Both the position numbers and the translations under genes were made by a program. Below, piece after piece: positions 41,869 to 54,939 of a stretch of DNA of 64,000 bases (position 1 is the stretch's first letter; the number at the start of each line of letters is the position of its first letter). Under the pieces are notes generated by a model, which worked only from the letters and a program-made list of their open reading frames with translations, did no database searches and had not been told where the DNA came from. Where the stretch lies: contig OZ024743.1 in the NCBI GenBank assembly GCA_964016885.1, positions 318,866,001-318,930,000 on the forward strand, given 5' to 3'. This DNA comes from Eledone cirrhosa (lineage: Eukaryota).

Positions 41869-42777
41869 TCTATATATATAAAACTGAGGTTATCTGTCTG
41901 TCTGTCTACTAAAACGGTCGGAACACATCTCCTCCTAAACCGTACGTTCAAATTTCGCTGAAATTGCTACACTTATAGACGGCGGAGATATCGGTCAAAA
42001 AAAGTTTCAAATCGACGCACGCCAAGTGCAAAAATCGAATTTGTAATGTATTGATTTTTCAGTTCAAATGTATAAATAGAGATGAGAGACGAGTTATTTC
42101 CCTTTTATGGCGTCATTCTGTCTATCTATTTACGTTACGAATATACGACGCGTGCAAAAGTACAAACATACGCGAACAGTTTTCGGACCAGCACAATTTT
42201 AACCTGCAAAATTCATGAGTTCGAAGTTTCAACATTAAGCTTCCATTTTGCTTTATTTCCTTTAATAAGTCTTTTAAAACAATATTTTTACTTGAAAACA
42301 AGCCTATTTGAATACACCGTAAAACAACAAATATTTTGTAAAAAAAAGCATTGATCTCGAATAAAGCCTTATGAGATTTTCATTTAGAAGCAATGATTTT
42401 AAACGAGACAGATAACGCATTTTTTTTTTGTTTTTCATGTCCATTCAATTTCTTTGTTTCCAAATAACTGATAGTTTGGTTACGCTGATGTTTTTCTCCG
42501 AGACAAGTGTTGCAGTGTTTACATTTTCGATTTTTGTTAATAGATTACCAGTGCAGTTTTTATCCCCAGCATCCTCTTTTGTTTTAACATTCCGGTTATG
42601 GTTATGTTTTCTTAACTTCATAAGGCATACTCTTGGTTGAGGGAATATTAATCAAAAGTACCACATGAAAGTCTACACTGTAGACTCTACAGTTTTTAAG
42701 CCAAGAAAGGAACTTAACATTGTTAACTTTAACACAGCTACTGAGCAGCCCCGAGAAACGCCGGGCTTTACTGTTAG
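41869..42777 (+). mobile_element. Non-autonomous Helitron, copy 3, with a different 3' half
   Basis: Same 5' end; 3' cccgagaaacgccggg...TTAG followed by T. Confidence 0.75.
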
Positions 42778-43090
42778 TAATATATATATTAAATAACCAT
42801 GAGATTTACCATCACAAATAACCATGGGATTTACACCTAGAAAGTTGCCCTTCGAGGCACAAGTCCAGGCAAGGTTGTTTGTAGAAGTCCAGCAGTCGCC
42901 CATGCATACCACTCTCTCTTCTGCACGCCATCGATGTTGTTCACAATGAGGTCACGATGAGGTCACAACTTATTTCTGCAGTTGAGTAAACTGGAGCAAC
43001 GTGAAATAAAGTGTCTTGCTCAAGGACACAACACAGCCTCTACTCACAGACATACAAATATGAGATGATATATACTGTATATATAAGAAG

Positions 43091-43176
<86 letters not shown>

Positions 43177-43190
43177 GTATATATATATAT

Positions 43191-43779
43191 AAAATTAGTA
43201 TTGGTACTTCAACATAGCGTTATATTTACGTGTTGTATATCGAGAATGATATGCAGGATGTTTATGAAAAACATTTGACAGCCTTCCGCTATGAATTTCT
43301 AAGGTTGTGACCATTGTCACAATCCTTAGTCTCAGCAAAAACAAGGAGGACAGCGTTGTTTCTCGTTTGTTTGCGGTTATCAAGGCTACATGTCCACCCA
43401 GTTTCCGCTAAGACAAAATAAGCTAGAATCTTATAGATTTCTCCCTTATGCATATGAGCCGATGACGCGCATTTGCATACGGAGCGGTAGCCAGCTCGGC
43501 TAAAATTAAAAATTAGTATTGGTAATCCAACATAACGTTATACATATATATGTATGTGTTGTATATCGAATAATATACAGAATATCTCAGCGGAAACTGG
43601 GTGGATATGTAACCTTGACAACCGCCAACAAGCGAGAATCATCATTGTGGGTTACTTCCCTTTTGTTTTTGCTGAGACTAAGGATGTGTGACAGTGGGCA
43701 TAACCTGAAAAGTTTATAGCCGAAGGCTGTCAAATGTTTTTCATAAACATTCTGTATATCATTCGATATACAACACACA
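43191..43779. mobile_element. Partial tandem plus inverted unit (Penelope-like architecture), old
   Basis: Direct repeat at 43191/43509; inverted arms 43230-43414 and 43584-43779. Confidence 0.6.
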
Positions 43780-43977
43780 CATATATATATATATAATTAA
43801 CTTTCCCCTCCTCTTCAAATTGTTGGCCTTATAATCTATGTTAGAAGCCATTATATATCATATGTACCTGATTTACACGAGTTTCGTCTAGCCGACAGCT
43901 AATTCATCCAGATTATTTAGTTTAGCCGTGAGCTCGGCGAAACTCCTTTAATATTCAATCACGACACTCATAACATC

Positions 43978-44400
43978 TAATAATTGTTTCTACTTTTGGC
44001 ACAAGACCAGCAATTACCCAGTGCATTACTGGTACTTTATTTTATCGACCCCGTAAGGATGAAAGGCAAAGTTAACCGCGGCACTCTAATAATGATTTCT
44101 AGAATAGGCACAAGGCCAGTAATTTGGGGGAGGGGAAAGTCGATTAAATCGACCCAAGTACATTACTAGTACTTTACTTTATTGAATCCGTAAGGATGAA
44201 AGGCAAAGCTAACCTTGGCGGAATTTGAACTCAGAACGCAAAGGGCCGTAACTCTATGCCACAAAGAATGTTGTCCGACGCTCTACCGATACTACCAATC
44301 CACCACCCGCATAATGTCTTATAATGATATCTAATTTTGGCGCAAGGCCAGCAAATTGGATGAACGGAAAATACCTGATACTTTATTTCATCAGCTCTGG
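43978..44400 (-). mobile_element. Cluster of 3 Meta-like SINE copies
   Basis: Family motifs. Confidence 0.8.
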
Positions 44401-44516
44401 AAGGTTGAGAATGTATTTGAGCATGTATGGGCTTTGACATCTTCCTCCCAATATTTCTCTCCCTCTACATACCTATAGATCTCTTTTCCCCTCACTTTCT
44501 CTATCTGCGTAACTGG

Positions 44517-44678
<162 letters not shown>

Positions 44679-44905
44679 CTCTCTATCAGACGTGTGTCAC
44701 TTCGCGGAGAAGTTTCCGTTAATTTATGTAAGAAAAAAACGTGAGTTTTTAGTTAAATTTTATATCATTGTGTAACTTGACCACCCGTCTGGACCTTCAG
44801 GTGGTGGGTCAACTCATTTTCGCCCCCTACAGGGGCGGAATATCCATTTAAAACATTTTTCTCCATCGAATCTTGGAAAAAATATTGTAAAATTTTGATT
44901 ACGTT

Positions 44906-46767
44906 ATGAACGATAATGGTGGTGGAGAGGCGGTAAGACTACAAAGCTCGCAGTCAACAACGTCTTCTTCACTAGATACTATAGAGATGGAAAGACAAAA
45001 TGAAAATAAAAAAACGAATTCATATCCAAACAACACAAATGACACCAAACAGTTCAATGACAACAAAAATAACAGCAAAACCAATAATGATGATAAAAGC
45101 AACAATGATAACAACAACAAAGAAAAAAATAAAGACAACGCCAACAACAACACCAAGGAAAATACGGATGATACCAACATCGGTGACAACAAGAATAACA
45201 ACAACACTAACAACAATAATGACAACACCACCAATACGGATTCCACAAAGAAACCAAAAATCTCCTTTGCAGAGAAAGTTCAAAAGAAAGAAGAATTGAT
45301 ATATCTCGACATAACAAATGCTGAACAACTTTTAAAGGACGCTAAGAGATATGTCACTTTCGAAAAAATGGTGCTTTCAGCATCAATTCTCCGGTAGAAA
45401 TTCGCAAGGAAACTGCTCTCAAAACGATAGTTTTTAGGACAGTTTCCAATTCTACCCGAAAACCAGTCCAATTGTCACAGAAAGAAATTGAAATGGTTTT
45501 CAAAAATTCAATGAATGATATTGCATTCATTCAAAGAAGCAAACTTTTTGGGAGTATTTCGGTACTCATGAAGGATCAATTGACGGCCCCAAATTACTCT
45601 GTGTCGCCAATTGTATCCAACCTGTACACCTTTTTCCCTACATACATGGGAAAAAGGACACAAAAGATCAGAATCACAAGTGTCACACCAAAGGTGAACA
45701 TATGGTGGATACTGTGCGGCTTCATCAATTTTGATGAAGACAGAATACTGTCAGTAGGAAAGTCCCCCAGATATGTATTCAATGGGACTAGCATTGAAGT
45801 TCTGGTGCAAATGATCCCACAGCGTGTACTCCTGGACGGACTCACCTACATAAACCTTTCGGTTGAGGGTAGGCGGCCTTCATGTTACCATTGCTTTAGC
45901 AGGGGTCACCTGAGGGCTTCCTGTCCTAAACTAATGAACCAAAAAAAGGCTCTTCTGCCGACACCCATCAAAACAACACAACCACCAACACCACCACAAC
46001 AACAACAACACCAACACACAAAAATAACCACAACAAACACAGTCCCACCCAACCCCACTCCACCTAAAACCACTGCAAAATCACATACAGACACAACAGC
46101 TCCCCAAGACATACCCCTCCCCAATCACACAGACGATACAACAGATGAGGCTATCTCGCCATCACCCAGTGAAGACGAGGGAGAACCCCATCGCTCGAAA
46201 AGAAAGAAAAGACATCACAAAAGCAAAAAACCAGCAAACACTACCACAAACATACAACCACCAACACAAACAACAAAAATATCACAAACAAAACCCCCAC
46301 CCCCTGAAAACAAAATACCTACAACAAAACGAAAGCACACACAAGGACTACAGACAAAAACAAACACAACACAAGAAAATTACACTTACACTTACATAAA
46401 CACTGAAAACAAAACACTAATGGAGACCATCACGAACGACCCTTCGGTTTTCACCGAAGGGAAAACTTTCGCCCACTCTATTAAAAATAGCAAAAAACTG
46501 AACCTAAAACTGATTAGGGTCCCTATACAAACTTATAGGTCCCTAAAAGAAACATTTGAGAAGGATGTGGGGAATTCCTGCGTGAAACCACTCAACCGCG
46601 TCCTTCTCAAATGCCTCCCCACCCTAGACACCCCCATCCCACCAGACCCCACCCCACCAAACATCTGCATCCCCACCCCGCCGGAAACCACCACCTATCC
46701 AGACAACCCCTCCAACACCCCCATGGAAATCGTGCGGCCTGGTCCCCAGGAGGCGAAGGGTGAGTGA
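44906..46767 (+). pseudogene. LINE ORF1 (Asn-rich N-terminus, CCHC zinc knuckle, Pro/Thr-rich tail), one frameshift
   Basis: CYHCFSRGHLRASC knuckle; adding one A to the A6 run at 45363-45368 joins 44906-45397 to 45472-46767. Confidence 0.8.
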
Positions 46768-46800
46768 TCTCTTTTCCTCTTTTAACTTTTCAGCACCAAC

Positions 46801-49800
46801 ATGGCCAATATAAGAGTTGGATGTGTGAACGTACGCGGCCTGGGGATGCCCTGGAAACAGGGCAAACTCTTAAACGACCTCAGGTCGCACAGTATGGATG
46901 TGGTAGCCATTTGCGAGTCCAGGATCCACGGCGAGCGACAGCTGGCCCCCATCTTCGATGACTTTGAGATCTACGCATCTCTCTGTCAACCGGGGGGTGG
47001 GGGCGGAGTTGCCGTTTTGCTGCGGAAACACCTGGGCCTCGTAACACAGACAGTACATCTGGACCCGGAGGGTCGACTGGTGATCCTAGACGTTGACGGT
47101 AGTGAAGGTGGAGCCTTCAGGCTGGTGGCCGCATATGCCCCATCCGGGACACCGCGGCCAGACTTCTTCAAACGTCTAGAGACTTTTCTGGGAACGTCCC
47201 GCTCCTTGCTTTTAGTGGGGGACTGGAATGGAATCCTAGATGCACGTTGGGACTATGTGGGAGCATGTCCCGATAAAGGGGGGTGTAACAGCCTCAAACA
47301 GTTAATCGACCGATTTGACCTGGCCGATAGATATCGACTAGATTTTCCGACTGCGCCACTGTGGACGTGGAGTAATCGTAGCGGAACATCTAGATCGTAC
47401 CTAGATAGGGTTCTAGTTAGAAATAAGGATAGGGACATGTTAAGCTGTCCACAAATGTTCATGGTTGCCTATTCAGATCACGAACTAGTGACCTGCATGG
47501 CCAACCTTGATAGAACCCATAGACAAGGACCCGGCTACTGGAAGCTGAACTTGTCGTTACCGACAAGCAAAGCCTACAGTAGACGGATTAGCACTTTAGT
47601 TAAACAGCACTTGACAGGGGCCATTGTCAACAACAGATGGTGGTACTCTCTCAAGAGGGCAGTTAGATTAGACTCGATAGTTTTTAGTAAAGAATTAGCG
47701 TTAGATAGAAATAGAACCGAGAAGGAACTGGTAGATAAAGTAGAAGAGGCAATTAGAAGTGGAAACGTAGCCAGCGTACTAGCAACGAGAACGGCCTTGG
47801 ACCAGTTCTTCGACGCAAAGCACGAGGGCTGCGTTGTCAGAAGCAAAATACGTGCTCTGGGAAACGAGGGAGCCAAAGCTGTTAGCTGGGCCCGAGTGAC
47901 GGAGGCAAAAAGTGGCAACAAGTCCACGATTCGGTCTTTGAAGGACCAAAACGGACGCGTGATACGTGAGCCGAAGCAGATGTGTGCGGCTTTTCAGCGG
48001 CACTTTGCTCGGCTGTTCGGGGGGAGCGGCGCGCCGGGAGAGGCTATGGATTTCGGTCCATACCTCGACGGCCTACCGCGACTCTCGGACAGCGAGGCAA
48101 AGTTCTGCGAAAAGCCGATTTCAGCCACTGAGATTGGGGACGCGCTGAGCCAATGCGGCAAACGCAAATCTCCAGGTCTCGACGGTCTACCCTACGAATT
48201 TTACGTAGCAATGCCGGACTTATTCTCCGGTCTCCTGGAAGCGGTCTACTGCAACTGGCAACAGAACGGGAGAATTCCCAGTTCTGTAACCGGGGGCGTG
48301 GTCACACTAATCAGGAAGGACGAGAATAAGGGGGAATGACATAGGCAACTTCTGGCCCATAACTCTGCTAAACACAGAGTTACAGATTTTGGCCAAGGTG
48401 TTGGCAAAGAGGCTGGCGCTTGTCGTCGAGAACCTGGTGGGAGAAGCGCAGACATGCGCAATCCCGACCAGGTCCATACACGACAACCTCCACCTCATGC
48501 GATACATCATAGAGAGGGTAGGGTGTAAACCCGGCTTCGGTGGGGCCCTGATCAACTTGGATCAGTCTAAGGCTTTCGATAGGGTTGACCATCATTACCT
48601 GGATGCGGTGCTCGAGGCGGCAGGCTTCGGACCCGTGTTCAGGGGCTGGATTGCTGCAATGCACAACAGCAACATCTTCTCAAGGGTCAAGGTGAACGGC
48701 TACCTCTCGGAGCCGTTCCATATTACGCGATCCATTCAACAGGGATGCCCTCTCTCCTCCCTTCTGTACGTACTGACTCTCGAGCCACTACTGCGGAAGC
48801 TGGAGCTATTGCAGGGCATCCCTCTGGAACCGGGACTGCGGAAAGCGGCGTCGGCCTACGCCGACGACGTGACAGTAATGGTGTCGAGCGCCTCGCAAAT
48901 CGAGGAAGTCGGCACCTTACTAAAGGAATACGAAAGTCTCACAGGAGCGAAGCTGAACCGGGACAAGTTCATCGGTTTGCAACTCGGATCGTGGAGAGGC
49001 AGACCGATGCCTTCCGATGGCGTCGTCGGACGCTGGACGGAAGGACCGGTAAAGCTGCTCGGGGTCTGGTTTGGTCCGGACCTCCAGGTGGAGAAGAACT
49101 GGAACGAAGTGACGGCCAAGGTGTTTGCACTCACCCAGAAGTGGGCCGAGTGCAAACTATCCTTGAAAGGTCGAGCGGAGGTGGCGAACACTTTTATAGC
49201 GTCCGCCATCTACTACCGCTTGACCGTCGTGCCTTGTCCAGCCAAAACGCTCGCCAAAATGGAGCGCGCGCTCTTCCGATTCCTTTGGAAGAGGCGGGCT
49301 CCTTTGGTGAGAAGATCCATCTGCTGCCAACACCCTTCTAACGGAGGGCTGGGGATGCCGTGGTTGACGATGCGCAAACACGCGCTCAGGCTGCAGCATC
49401 TCTACGTATTCCTCACCAGACAACCGGTGTGGGCCCCGTTCGTGAGGCGAGCCTTCCCACGACTTGTCTCGCTGACCGAGCTGCAGTCCTGGGTCAAGCA
49501 AAGACCGAGGAAAATGGGCGACTGGCACATCGAATGTGCTCAGGCGCTCACAGCCCTCTGGCAGGCGGACCCGGCGATCAGTGGAGACTCCACTTCGTCA
49601 TTCTATAGAGGGTTGGTCCGCAGCAAGTGCGACGACGCGCTCGGTGAAACTCTAGGCGTAGAGGAAGATGAACTGGCCAGTCTGTTCGGTAGGACCTTCC
49701 GCCCGGGACCGATGAACAACTTCCAAAAGTCCCTGGCCTGGCAGTGCTACCGAGGAGCTCTACCAGTTCGAGACAAGCTCTACAGACATGGGCGCCCGGG

Positions 49801-50239
49801 CAGGGACCCTGCAAAAAAGTTCTGTCCGAGGTGCGTGCGAGACGAAGAAACCGTCGCGCACGTATTCATACACTGCCCGGGCGTCACTGACCTGTGGGGC
49901 TATGTAGAACGACTATTGTCGCGGGTGGGACCAATCCAGTTGACCACCGAGTCCATTGTCATGATCAAACCGCCAACCTCCTTCAAAAACGAAGGAGAGG
50001 CGGTTTTCCTTTGTGTGATAGCTATGGCGAAAGAGGTTGTATGGTGGACAAGGTTGAAAGGGCTGAGGTCAGACACCTTTCTCTCCGGCCAACAACTGAT
50101 TCTTTTTTTCAAATACCACTTTGGAAGAAGAATCAGGATGGAGAGAGAGGTGCTGTACCCCAGCAAGTTTTATGAAAGGTGGGTGAAAGTGGCGAGAATG
50201 GCCCGAGTGAATGGGCCTTCTCTCTATATCAGCCTGTAG
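46801..50239 (+). pseudogene. LINE ORF2: APE endonuclease, reverse transcriptase and zf-RVT, one frameshift
   Basis: NVRGL, GDWN, SYLDR, SDH; KSPGLDGL, DQSKAFDRV, QGCPLS, YADD, KLLGV; CPRC..ETVAHVFIHC; extra G in the G5 run at 48330-48334. Confidence 0.93.
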
Positions 50240-50477
50240 GTTGAGGAAAAGGAGGAGGAGAGGAAAGGAGTACAAGCTCTTCGTACTCCTGGAGATGAGG
50301 GTTGCACATTTTTTTTCGGGGGTATGTGTTACCCATATAAACTGTCTCCCTCTATTGGGGAAAATCGACTAACTTTTTAAATTCCATTTGTGATAACATT
50401 TTACACGTTTTTATTGTATGTAAATTTCCCCCTTTGTATTTGTCCCCTTCTTTTGTGCCCCTGTGGCTAATAAAGAA

Positions 50478-50534
<57 letters not shown>

Positions 50535-50861
50535 ATTGTCTACCTAGCTATTTGTCTACCTATCTATAATTGTCTATCGGTTGATATTTACCAATGTATC
50601 TATCTTTGGAGAATAATAATAACAAAAACAACAAAGCACGAATTACAATAACTGTCCGAATATAGATAGATAGATATAATAAATCATCGCTTTATACTTA
50701 AGTTTAATATATATATATATAACACTTTAATGAGGGGTAGGGAGAGGGGGCGTGTTGAGTCCGGAGGCTTTGTGTGTGTATGTGAGGATACGCACGTGTG
50801 TGTTTGTGTTTCTATGTGGTGTGGATGTAGGTAGCGTGGTTCGAAAATAATGTGTTTGTTG

Positions 50862-50934
<73 letters not shown>

Positions 50935-50935
<1 letters not shown>

Positions 50936-51052
50936 CGTATATCTCGGCGTCAAAAGCGCTACTTTTTTTCCTAAAGTAAGTCTCAAAAATCTACCATGGG
51001 TCCCGGAGGCCGAAGATTGTGAGGACGAAGCGTCTTCGGCGCCGGGAAATAC

Positions 51053-51054
<2 letters not shown>
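50935..51054. mobile_element. 120-bp pogo-type MITE in (TA)n
   Basis: TIRs ccgtatatctcggcg / cgccgggaaatacgg. Confidence 0.75.
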
Positions 51055-51081
<27 letters not shown>

Positions 51082-51089
<8 letters not shown>

Positions 51090-51946
51090 CATAGAGTTTA
51101 GACTCAAAGAGGTCATTTACAATAATTTCAGCTCTAGGAATCGCTTCTGAGCAGTATAAATTAATATTTGATGAACATTTACATGTTATAGTTGCAATTG
51201 ACTAATAAGATCGCTAGAGTGAAAAATCTTAATTCAACAACATAAGGTCTGCCTGTACGATCTAGAAAATAATAAATCAATACTCACAGACTCATATGGG
51301 CAAAAAGCCTTGGTACCTAGACACGTTTAAAATTCAAAATACAAACTTTTTCCGCAGATCGGTCAGAACTTCAAACTTCAAACATGTTTCACAAAGGATG
51401 GTATAATAGTAAAATAATTAACTAGTTAGCAGTGAGTTAATCAACTTTTTCTGTGTTTATCAATAGGTATCCAGATAAAAATAAAATAACTCAACCTTAG
51501 AAAAATATCTAAGGTCTGGTTAGCGTAGCGAAAATACACGAGGTTTTGCACACGGCTTATTCCAGTCCTCTAACGTCCCACACTTAGTGCTAGAAATAAC
51601 AGCCGTTTATATGGGATTACAAAATTCAGCTCACCTGGAGGAGCAGTGATAAATAGCATAGAGTTTAGACTCAAAGAGGTTAATTATTTTACTATTATAC
51701 CATCCTTTGTGAAACATGTTTGAAGTTTGAAGTTCTGACCGATCTGCGGAAAAAGTTTGTATTTTGAATTTTAAACGTGTCTAGGTACCAAGGCTTTTTG
51801 CCCATATGAGTCTGTGAGTATTGATTTATTATTTTCTAGATCGTACAGGCAGACCTTATGTTGTTGAATTAAGATTTTTCACTCTAGCGATCTTATTAGT
51901 CAATTGCAACTATAACATGTAAATGTTCATCAAATATTAATTTATA
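51082..51946. repeat. Unit with a 32-bp direct repeat and a 268-bp inverted repeat
   Basis: DR 51082-51113/51649-51680; IR 51155-51422/51679-51946, apparently identical. Confidence 0.9.
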
Positions 51947-52012
51947 TATATATATATATAATATATATAATATATATATATAATATATATATATATATAA
52001 TATATATAATAT

Positions 52013-52046
<34 letters not shown>

Positions 52047-52069
52047 ATATATATATACCGTATTTCCCG

Positions 52070-52880
52070 AACCCACATCTCTCCTCTTCCGACCACCGCT
52101 TCTTGGATTACCCACACGCGAAATTGACTTCTAACCAAATCTCCAAACATCCGTGGAAATTACCAACTTTTCAACCATCCTCTTACGCCATCACCTATAT
52201 AACTCCCCCCCCCCCCAATTTTTTTTTTCTCCACACGCCACCCACACCCACAACACGCTTAAACCACACACACGTGCTTCCCACCACATATTTACACCCT
52301 CAGCCTCCTGATTCCTCTCCCCCCACCCCCCTATCCACACACGCACAGACACTCCGACCCACAAAAACACCCCCCACACACACCTCTTCCTGAACATGCA
52401 ACCCCGTTCTTCCCCCAACCCTCACTTTCACATACACACACACGCACACCTAACCACACACACCACCTTCAGCCCTCCCCGCTCGGACACCCCGTCTCCC
52501 TCTCCCCACTCCACCCGCCACCACCCCTACTCACCCCACACCCTTCCACCACCTGTTTACCCCCCCTTTTAATTTCAGTTTATTTTGATCATGCCTTTAT
52601 TTTTAAATTTTCTCATTCCTTGTATTTTGATCATGCTTTATTTTTATTTATTATATTTTTTGTCTTTATTTGTTAATTTTTCATTCGCACCGTTTCCTTT
52701 CGCTATATGTCTCTCCACCACTCCCCTACACACCTTTTGAACTCTGTTCCCACACACTTCTCACCTGAAGAAGGGCTTATGCCCGAAACGTCGTCCCCCA
52801 CCTACCCCCCACTCTCCTGAGCGTGAATTTAATAAACATTTATTGTACTGCCTCTCTGTTCTGTCCCTGTTCAAATTTTT
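52070..52880 (+). mobile_element. Penelope-like 3' terminal-repeat remnant
   Basis: C-rich region, hammerhead core at 52765, aataaa; a second copy at 53890-54185 is interrupted by a SINE. Confidence 0.6.
52763..52794 (+). ncRNA. Minimal hammerhead ribozyme with a weak stem I
   Basis: ac-CTGAAGA-a-GGGC(ttat)GCCC-GAAAC-GTC-gt. Confidence 0.65.
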
Positions 52881-53092
52881 CATTATAATATATATATATA
52901 TATATAAATATATATATATAATATATATATATAATATATATATATATATAATATATATATATATATAATATATATATATATATAATATATATATATATAT
53001 AATATATATATATATATATAATATATATATATATATAATATATATATATATATATAATATATATATATATAATATATATATATATATAATAT

Positions 53093-53124
<32 letters not shown>

Positions 53125-53158
53125 ATATATATATATTATATATATATATATAATATAT

Positions 53159-53190
<32 letters not shown>

Positions 53191-53196
53191 ATATAT

Positions 53197-53268
<72 letters not shown>

Positions 53269-53325
53269 ATATATATATATATATAATATATATATATATA
53301 TAATATATATATATATATAATATAT

Positions 53326-53374
<49 letters not shown>

Positions 53375-53381
<7 letters not shown>

Positions 53382-53506
53382 TAATGAAATGACAGGAGGC
53401 TGGATTTGTGTAAATCCTTGAAAGGTTTATTATACTATGATCATAGTATAATAAACCTTTCAAGGATTTACACAAATCCAGCCTCCTGTCATTTCATTAT
53501 AATATT
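53375..53506. repeat. Perfect 132-bp spacerless palindrome
   Basis: Centre tga|tca at 53440/53441; the arms are exact reverse complements. Confidence 0.95.
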
Positions 53507-53643
53507 TAACTCCGTAATAGCACCACCAACTACAAAAACAAAGACGGCTGAACTGCTTTACGTTGAGTACTCTCTATATTGTTGCATTACGATTGACCAT
53601 ACGGAATAGACCAGCTCTATACAGTGGTGAACCTCAAACCTGA

Positions 53644-53678
<35 letters not shown>

Positions 53679-53952
53679 ATATTAACGAATGGAAACTATA
53701 TTTATAAAACCATATTTATTTCATTATACATATTTCAAGGACACCAAGTTAAATTATGGTGTGCTTTCATCAGATAAAATATAATATAGAGCAGTTTTAT
53801 AAATAAATATTGACATACTCTTAAAAAATGCAACCATTACTGTTGGAAGCTCCTGGAGCTTCCAACTCTCACATTCACAAACGCACACATAAACACACCA
53901 CCTTCAGCCCTCCCCGCTGGTCTCCAGCCCCCACTCTCAAGCGTGAAACTAA

Positions 53953-54137
53953 TAATAATTGTTTCTACTTTTGGCACAAGGCCAGCAATTATCCAGTGCA
54001 TTACTAGTACTTTATTTTATCGACCCCGTAAGGATGAAAGGCAAAGTTAACCGCGGCGGTATTTGAACTCAGAATGGCAAGGGCTGTAACTCTATGCGTC
54101 AAAGCATGGCGTCCGACCCTCTACCCCTCTACCGATA
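53953..54137 (-). mobile_element. Meta-like SINE inserted in a Penelope-like remnant
   Basis: Family motifs; the flanks rejoin to match 52815-52860. Confidence 0.8.
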
Positions 54138-54196
54138 AATAACATTTGTACTGCCTCTTCGTTTTTCTGTTTTTTGTTCTCTGTTTACTTTATAAA

Positions 54197-54230
<34 letters not shown>

Positions 54231-54246
54231 GTGTGTGTGTACACAT

Positions 54247-54384
54247 AAAAATAAAAGAACTTTTTAAAATGTGTGTATTTGTGTGTGTGCGTTTGTGCGT
54301 GTGTGTGTGTACACATAAACACACACACGCACAAACGCACACACACAAATACACACACATTTTAAAAAGTTCTTTTATTTTTTT
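54247..54384. repeat. Near-perfect inverted repeat, arms ~65 bp
   Basis: aaaataaaagaactttttaaaatgtgtgt...acacacattttaaaaagttcttttatttt. Confidence 0.9.
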
Positions 54385-54939
54385 GCTGGGTTCAGTCATT
54401 ATATTGTTGCTATGATGGACATGTAGTCTTGAAGTATCAATATCATCATCTAATGCCACTCGAGAGGCAGTGACCCGGCATGCCCGCAGTCTAATAACTG
54501 AAACAGAATATAGAATAAAAGAGTATTTTTGAAATTACTGTTTCTCGTCTCACACAGCCCACCCGTAGAAAATCTTGCACCATACCACAAATATCCCCCA
54601 CCCCACCCCACGTCAATACACGAAACACTAGGCAGTTCAGTTTAACGTTCCTATACCAACGGTTCCCTGCCTGGGGCCTGTCGTCCCCCTAGGGACCCAA
54701 GAGGGTACTACTGGGGCTCCTTAAGCTAAGTTGAAAATTTCAAGTAATTTGTTTAGAATATTTGCCATTTTGTCCGCGGCACCGCTCAGACTGGGGTGTA
54801 GTGACTGTCCCTTCCCCTCTCCTTTTCTTTCGCCGCTTGATTCTTCTTTTCTTTTTCTTCTTTTCACTCCCCTTTCTGTTCCCTTTAGTAGTGTGTTTTG
54901 TTTTTATTAGATACCGTTAATAAACTGTAAACAATATTT

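Larger units (their letters stand above)
44686..50478 (+). mobile_element. Near full-length Tx1/L1-clade LINE inserted in (TATC)n
   Basis: 5' tcagacgtg, ORF1, ORF2, 3' UTR ending aataaagaaa; (TATC)n at 44517-44677 and 50479-50533. Confidence 0.93.

Noticed and set aside
45346-45397. Programmed ribosomal frameshift in LINE ORF1, and likewise at 48330
   Set aside because: No canonical slippery heptamer in the right frame; a single-base homopolymer indel explains each break
48745-50175. Overlapping alternative-frame and antisense ORFs in LINE ORF2
   Set aside because: Expected by chance in GC-rich coding DNA; no motifs
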